From Chlamydiales bacterium (GTDB lineage: Bacteria > Chlamydiota > Chlamydiia > Chlamydiales > JBDQID01): DNA of 62,412 nucleotides. The stretch lies in contig JBLFWS010000002.1 of assembly GCA_047611865.1 (NCBI GenBank), positions 1-62,412 on the forward strand, in the 5' to 3' direction. This document shows positions 56,911-62,412 of the stretch, piece by piece. A program made the translations under genes and the position numbers. The notes under the pieces were generated by a model that saw only the letters and a list, made by a program, of their open reading frames with translations, made no database searches and was not told the origin of the DNA. The stretch's first letter is position 1, and the number at the start of each line of letters is the position of its first letter.

Positions 56911-59769
56911 TTAGGAGGAAAAACTTGCAAGTTTGTTTTGTACTTGACTTAGCTCAGACTCAGTTTGTTCCAGATGTTCCTGTTGTTTTTGTACCAGAAA
57001 CTTAGGAGCTCTATTTATAAAATCCTGGTTTGACAATTGCAGTCTTACTCTTTCCAAGTTTTTATTTAAGCGTTCATGTTCTTTTTCAAGACGAGCTTTT
57101 TCCTTTCCTTGCAGTTCCTCTGGGAGAGGGATAACAATTCTCAGATCTCCGACTACTCCAGCAGAATGGAATGAGACACTAGGATCCTCGTGGGTAACTT
57201 CTAGGCTGTTTACTTTCACTAGGGCTGAGATGATATCCTGATTTTCATCTACAATTTTTAGTGACTCAGCATTTTCGACACCGACAATGAAAATATCTGT
57301 CTTCAGGGAATTAGGGAGCTTCATCTCACCCCGAATATTTCTTATCGTATAGATGATTTCTTCCATCAAATTAAATGTGCGATTGACGGAAAGATTGATG
57401 TCGCTTTGCCGTATAACAGTAGGAAAAGCTGCTGTGACACAGGCATCATTCTGAAGTGCAGAAACGCATTCAGCAGTGTAAGGGTCCACATCGCTCTTTA
57501 CAGTAAGTGATCCAAGGCGTGTTTTCAGAAGCTGAAAAATTTCTTCCGAAATGAAGGGGGCCATAGGATGCAAGAGCCGCATGGTGTTACACAACACTAT
57601 AACAAGAAGTTTTTGTTTGTTTTCCCGTAATTCCGGAGAGCCTTTTTTGCCAAAAAGAAAAGGTTTGTTAATTTCAACATAGTATGCACAAAATTCTTTC
57701 CAGAAAAAGTCATAGGCTGCCATCGCAGCTTGATCGAAATCGTAAGAAGAAAGTTTATTGTCAACATCTTGATTGATACTGTTGAGAGCTGACAGGATCC
57801 ATTTGTCCTCCAGTGTAAACAGTGATTCATCAAGTCCTGAGCAGAAAGAATCTGTAGACAAAGCCGCTGTACCCGCCTTTTCATCACCCTCAAGATTCAT
57901 GAAGACAAAGCGAGCTCCATTCCAGACTTTATTGGCAAAGTTCTTGAATTCTTCAAACCGTCTGCGGTCTAAGTCTATTTGAGAAGACTGTGGAGAGCTA
58001 GCACAGAGAGCCATACGCATAGCGTCAGAGCCGTATTGGTCGATAATTTCAAGGGGATCTATGATGTTGCCTTTGGATTTAGACATTTTTTCCCACTTGC
58101 TATGCACATCGTGAGGGGGAGGTGTGCCTTTGTCGAATTCCGCTTGCTCTTGACTGTTAACGTATTGTACTCCATTTCCATCAGGATCTGTTCTCCAGTA
58201 TGACTTACCGTAAATCAAGCCGTGAAGGAAAACGTCTGGAAATGGAAGCTCTTTCATCACATATTCACCCATAAGAAGCATCCTTGCTACCCAAAAGAAA
58301 AGTATGTCATGACCGGTGACTAAAACGGAATTAGGATAGAATTTTTCTAATTCAGCCGTTTTGTCTGGCCAGCCGAGTGAGCTGAAGGGCCATAGCGCAG
58401 AGGAAAACCATGTGTCAAGAACGTCTTCGTCTTGATGCCAGTCGTCTGGTGCAGCCTCAACCTCAGGAGGGACACCCTCTCCATCGTGGCAAATCATTCT
58501 GTCAGGGTTGTCATTGTGGTACCAGATGGGTATACGGTGACCCCACCAGAGCTGACGGCTGATACACCAGTCTCTAAGATTGTCTATCCAGTGGAAATAC
58601 GTGTTGTTCCAAGTCTTGGGTGTAATGCTTACATTCTTATCGTTTACCGCAGCCTTGAGTTTCTCTCGGAAAGGGGCCATATTAATGAACCATTGTTTCG
58701 AGAGGCAAGGTTCAATTACCGCTTTGGAGCGGTAGGATATGCCTACGCGGTGGGTATGGGGCTCTACTTTTTCAAGGAAGCCTTGATCTTTCATCATTGA
58801 TACGACGGCGTGGCGGGCATTTTCCATCGTCATCCCTTGGAACTTAGCACCGTTTTGGTTGATCTTTCCGTCAGGAGTCATGATGTTGATTAAGGGAAGC
58901 TCGTGCCTGAGGCCTATCTGGTAATCGTTAGGGTCGTGGCCAGGGGTTACCTTGATAATTCCCGTACCAAGCTCAGGGTCAACGTGATTATCAGCGATTA
59001 TAGGGATTTCTCTATGAACGAGAGGCAAGAGAACGGTTTTTCCAATTAGATGTGCGTTACGCTTGTCTTTTGGAGAAATCGCTACAGCGGTATCACCAAG
59101 CATTGTTTCAGGTCTTGTAGTGGCAATAACGATGTGGCCAGATTTGTCTTTAAGGGGATATCGAAGATGCCATAGATATGATTTTCTTTCTTCGTATTCT
59201 ACCTCATCGTCAGCAAGGGCCGTTTGAGTAACAGGATCCCAGTTGACAAGGTAGTCACCGCGGTAAATAAGTTTATCATCGAACATCTTTTTGAATATGC
59301 TACGAACAGCTTTGTTACAACCTTCATCCATGGTGAAACGTTGGCGGTCCCAGTCACAAGAGCATCCCAAGCGCTTTAGCTGGTCAATTATGACAGACTC
59401 TCGCTCTTTCTTCCATTGCCAGATATGAGAAAGGAATTCACCTCTGTCAAAATCAGTTCTTCTTTTCCCAGTAGTAGCGATCAAGTGGCGTTCAACAACG
59501 GTTTGTGTTGCAATACCAGCGTGATCAGTTCCAGGAACCCATAGTGTGGCGTGACCTTTCATCCGCTTCCACCGAATGAGAATGTCTTGGAGTATGTTTA
59601 CGAGGGCATGTCCCATATGAAGGATGCCTGTAACATTAGGTGGGGGTATTACGATACAGTAGGGAGTAGCCTCTGATTTTGGGTCAGCAGAGAAATATTT
59701 GCCTTTTTCCCAAAAGTCGTACCATTTCGACTCTATATCTTTTGCTTCGAAAGTTTTTGGAAGATCCAT
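56911..59769 (-). CDS. valS: Valyl-tRNA synthetase
   Basis: It has PPPNVTGILHMGHAL (HIGH motif), KMSKSKGN and a C-terminal coiled coil. ATG at 59769 is preferred over the upstream TTG at 59787. Confidence 0.97.
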   Translation of the reverse strand: MDLPKTFEAKDIESKWYDFWEKGKYFSADPKSEATPYCIVIPPPNVTGILHMGHALVNILQDILIRWKRMKGHATLWVPGTDHAGIATQTVVERHLIATTGKRRTDFDRGEFLSHIWQWKKERESVIIDQLKRLGCSCDWDRQRFTMDEGCNKAVRSIFKKMFDDKLIYRGDYLVNWDPVTQTALADDEVEYEERKSYLWHLRYPLKDKSGHIVIATTRPETMLGDTAVAISPKDKRNAHLIGKTVLLPLVHREIPIIADNHVDPELGTGIIKVTPGHDPNDYQIGLRHELPLINIMTPDGKINQNGAKFQGMTMENARHAVVSMMKDQGFLEKVEPHTHRVGISYRSKAVIEPCLSKQWFINMAPFREKLKAAVNDKNVSITPKTWNNTYFHWIDNLRDWCISRQLWWGHRIPIWYHNDNPDRMICHDGEGVPPEVEAAPDDWHQDEDVLDTWFSSALWPFSSLGWPDKTAELEKFYPNSVLVTGHDILFFWVARMLLMGEYVMKELPFPDVFLHGLIYGKSYWRTDPDGNGVQYVNSQEQAEFDKGTPPPHDVHSKWEKMSKSKGNIIDPLEIIDQYGSDAMRMALCASSPQSSQIDLDRRRFEEFKNFANKVWNGARFVFMNLEGDEKAGTAALSTDSFCSGLDESLFTLEDKWILSALNSINQDVDNKLSSYDFDQAAMAAYDFFWKEFCAYYVEINKPFLFGKKGSPELRENKQKLLVIVLCNTMRLLHPMAPFISEEIFQLLKTRLGSLTVKSDVDPYTAECVSALQNDACVTAAFPTVIRQSDINLSVNRTFNLMEEIIYTIRNIRGEMKLPNSLKTDIFIVGVENAESLKIVDENQDIISALVKVNSLEVTHEDPSVSFHSAGVVGDLRIVIPLPEELQGKEKARLEKEHERLNKNLERVRLQLSNQDFINRAPKFLVQKQQEHLEQTESELSQVQNKLASFSS

Positions 59770-60075
59770 ATTTGATAGTCCCTTCAAGTGGTGTTGATGT
59801 GGAAGAGAAGTTCTTTACATTTAAGCTATCAAGTTAGCAAAAGGCAGATAAAAAGTCAGTTTCTTTTCCGTTTTCATTCCTGTTGGAGAAAAAGAGGGGT
59901 TATTCGAGCATTTCTCAGTGATCTCGAATAAATCTCTTAATACAATCTTAGCAGATTCTTTACACACTAGTAACAGTTTGTTTAAAATACATTAACAAAG
60001 TTCATGTATAATAAGTAATATAAAGGTATAGATCCTGATTTTATTTACTAAAAGGTATTAAAAAGAGAGCGTAAG

Positions 60076-61833
60076 ATGATAGGGAAAGTTGGAGATAAGA
60101 CATTACACTTAGGTTTTAGTGACGAACTATGTCAAAAACCAAAGAGTAATAGTTCTATTATCTCAAAATATAAAGGGAATCTTTGGAAGCAAGTTTCTGA
60201 TAAGAGTAAACTTAAACCAGAGGCTAGTCCCGAAAAGTGTGCAGTAAGCTTTTATGATAAGCTAGAGTTTACAGCGGCTTCCACTTCTTTAGTTAGAAGG
60301 GTCTATGATTATGCCAAAACACTTTTTTCTTCTAAAACACCCGATTCTGAGACGACTCTTTTGGACAGGGGAATCGAGGCGACACGTCTTCTTTCTGTAC
60401 TATCTTTACCCAATCAGATCAAACAATTTGTTATAAACACACAGGATGAATATCAAGAGGTCCGAGCTTACGGAGTGGAGAAGTTACCTGATGCAACTCT
60501 TAAGACTGTAGTAGGTGCTTCCGGAATTATATTTTCTGCTGCTAACGGTATAACGGGCATTAAAAAAGGCGTAGGGCTGGATGTCCCCGTTGACACAAGT
60601 TATGTAGGACCAGTCTTCATGCTTTACCAAGCCATTTCAGTTTATGAAACAGCAAAGATTGTCCAAAAATATTACAGGTCTAGAAAAGTTTTAAACGTGA
60701 TTGATAATTCCAGTGAGCTATATCAAAAGGTTCTTTCAGGAAGGATCAAAAAATTGGAAAAGAGGATAACAGATGATCCAGATAAGCTTGAAAGAAGTTG
60801 TGCTTTTGCGAAATCAAGTTTAATGGAATCTGCTAGTAAAGTTGTTTTAAGAAATTTAGTTGATGAAATGAAAACTTATCGAAGTATGAAGATCAATCAG
60901 TCTATTGACAAACTCATAAAATTGGATAACATTAGCTTGAAAAAAAGACAGCAGATTGCCGTTTTAGATACAAAGCTTATGGAAGTTAAGGGTTTACAGA
61001 TTAAGCTGAAAAAAGATACAGCCCAGGTAGATAAAGAGCTAAATAAGCTGATAGAGGAAATTCCTTTTGATGATCGTACCCGTATTATGCGAAATTTAAT
61101 GGCAAAAGATAGTGAAGTTCCATCGGCTGAGGTTTCCGCAAACGATTTGAAAAAAATATTAAAAAAGTTTTTAAAGACAAGACACGATGCGAGAAGTAAA
61201 GTTTTGAAAACTGAAAAGAAAGCATTGTTACAGGCGATTCGATGCGTTAGGAAGCATAGAGTAGAGGCGGCAAAAGAGAAGGTTTTTATTTTTAATTCAA
61301 AAGAACATCCAAAATTTAAATCTGCGTGGGATAGAGCGATTAGTGAAAATGTATCTCATCGGGATATTGCTGAAGCGATGAAAAGTGCAAGGAAAGGAAA
61401 AAATCTTAATAAGAATGAGAAGCTCTTAGGAAAGTACGGCTTTAAAGTGAAAAATCTTGGAGTTATACTGGAAGATGAAAACCTTAGTGAATTGGAATTA
61501 GAAGAAGCTTTGGAGAAATTCGACTCTCCTGGCGGAGCAAAGAAGGCTAGTACTTTGGTTTCAAAATTACACGAAACTGCTGCTAAAAAAACTTGGAAGC
61601 ATAAGTTTTCAGTTATTTGTCGTGGCTTGGGGCTAGCAGCATTCGGCGCTGTTTTGACTTTTTCCTCTTGGGTAGGTGGTATTATATCCGGAGGCCTATG
61701 GATGATCAAAGAGAGCATTCAATATTATGCCCGTTATGGAAAATCTGAGGTGGGCAAAGGTTTAAATGCTGGTGAGCCCGAACGGGCTGTAGAGCAGGAA
61801 GATGTAGCAGCAATTAGGGACATGTTGACCTAG
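60076..61833 (+). CDS. Hypothetical coiled-coil protein with a C-terminal bilobed hydrophobic hairpin (Inc-like candidate)
   Basis: 585 aa, Lys/Glu-rich and helical. VICRGLGLAAFGAVLTF-SS-WVGGIISGGLWMI forms two adjacent TM segments, like chlamydial inclusion membrane proteins. Confidence 0.5.
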   Translation: MIGKVGDKTLHLGFSDELCQKPKSNSSIISKYKGNLWKQVSDKSKLKPEASPEKCAVSFYDKLEFTAASTSLVRRVYDYAKTLFSSKTPDSETTLLDRGIEATRLLSVLSLPNQIKQFVINTQDEYQEVRAYGVEKLPDATLKTVVGASGIIFSAANGITGIKKGVGLDVPVDTSYVGPVFMLYQAISVYETAKIVQKYYRSRKVLNVIDNSSELYQKVLSGRIKKLEKRITDDPDKLERSCAFAKSSLMESASKVVLRNLVDEMKTYRSMKINQSIDKLIKLDNISLKKRQQIAVLDTKLMEVKGLQIKLKKDTAQVDKELNKLIEEIPFDDRTRIMRNLMAKDSEVPSAEVSANDLKKILKKFLKTRHDARSKVLKTEKKALLQAIRCVRKHRVEAAKEKVFIFNSKEHPKFKSAWDRAISENVSHRDIAEAMKSARKGKNLNKNEKLLGKYGFKVKNLGVILEDENLSELELEEALEKFDSPGGAKKASTLVSKLHETAAKKTWKHKFSVICRGLGLAAFGAVLTFSSWVGGIISGGLWMIKESIQYYARYGKSEVGKGLNAGEPERAVEQEDVAAIRDMLT

Positions 61834-61998
61834 TACACCATAAAGTTTTTATTATTGGGTATCTTCACCAAGCTTTTTCCGTCTGGCGTCGCATTCGATC
61901 TCGTTAATATGCCCACATTTACTTCGATCTCCACACATAGCCAGCCAAAGAAATCTCGGCAAATCTACCCATCAATTAAAACTTTATGGTGTACTAGG
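61829..61998. repeat. Perfect 21-bp inverted repeat flanking 128 bp
   Basis: CCTAGTACACCATAAAGTTTT (61829-61849) is the exact reverse complement of AAAACTTTATGGTGTACTAGG (61978-61998). Confidence 0.95.
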
Positions 61999-62202
61999 GC
62001 CTGTTTTCAAAAACATTGTTCTAATAACTTTTTCTAGAATTTGTCCGTAAACTGGTCTCAATTTTTTATTTTTCAACTTAGAAAAACTTAAATATAATTC
62101 TACGGTAGTCTCATCTGAGGAGAGGCAACTTATTTTTTTAACCGTGAAGAGAAGGTCTTTTGTTGTCAGTTTGCTTTCAGAAATGGAGGGGAACTCAGGC
62201 AT
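61984..62202 (-). other. Short ORF or possible gene fragment at the window edge
   Basis: 72-aa ORF whose frame stays open upstream without a Met. Neighbouring frames at 62203-62412 carry short HTH-like fragments. Identity unknown. Confidence 0.25.
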
Positions 62203-62412
62203 TAATCTTTTGATTTTACCTTCACGATCTGAAACAAATGTAAGAACAGCAGCAAAGTATTTATGATTAGGAATTGATTGGATATTTTGGCATGGTTCAA
62301 TTCAAGGTAACACTTTTTCCTAAGCCTATAGGCTGTCTGACCAAAATCTCGGATGACTTAAGAGAAGCGAAGGAATTTGTGATTATGTAACTGAGTCATG
62401 CCCGATCTTCTA

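Noticed and set aside
61850-61977. Invertible promoter (inverton) between the 21-bp inverted repeats, and a 28-aa Cys-containing minus-strand mini-ORF (61852-61938) inside it
   Set aside because: No recombinase is nearby and there are no convincing -35/-10 elements. The segment is 3-prime of both flanking ORFs. The mini-ORF has no Shine-Dalgarno sequence and is too short to support.

Overview
This 62.4-kb window looks like a chromosomal segment from a member of the Chlamydiae, probably an environmental or amoeba-associated lineage. GC content is about 40% by eye. No species call is possible from the sequence alone.

Conserved backbone:
- infA, tRNA-Thr, tuf, tRNA-Trp, secE, nusG, rplKAJL, rpoB and rpoC occupy 23.2-36.2 kb.
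- A chlamydia-style V-type ATPase operon occupies 40.0-47.6 kb: atpE, a subunit-C-like ORF, then atpA, B, D, I and K.
- valS lies at 56.9-59.8 kb. As I recall, Chlamydia trachomatis has the same infA-to-valS neighbourhood.

Left third (0-23 kb):
- A translationally coupled operon runs macro-domain fragment, glycerate kinase, small secreted protein, pncB, pncA.
- A MYG1, HIT and isochorismatase-family run follows.
- Other genes include a 716-aa protein with a C-terminal LOG/PpnN-like domain, transporters, an M24 aminopeptidase, sufE, and a DUF2760 plus atypical-Hsp70 gene pair.

Two variable islands interrupt the backbone:
- 36.2-40.0 kb holds a frameshifted nucleoside 2-deoxyribosyltransferase-like gene and four minus-strand small or secreted proteins, one of them a Gly/Ala-rich peptide.
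- 47.6-56.9 kb holds fumC, orphan genes, a YfcH-like gene, DUF1853, a lipoprotein and an alanine symporter.

Outside coding regions, the main signal is at least three families of short palindromic or MITE-like intergenic repeats. These include a perfect 31-bp inverted repeat, a heptamer tandem array and nested palindromes. A separate perfect 21-bp inverted repeat spans two convergent stop codons.

The best candidates for an undescribed system are the DUF2760/Hsp70-like module, the 716-aa LOG-like protein, the repeat families (either REP-like elements or a palindromic operator regulon), and the secreted-protein island next to the V-ATPase operon. No CRISPR array, rRNA gene or intact IS element is visible. 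All family assignments come from motif recognition by eye and need HMM or BLAST confirmation.
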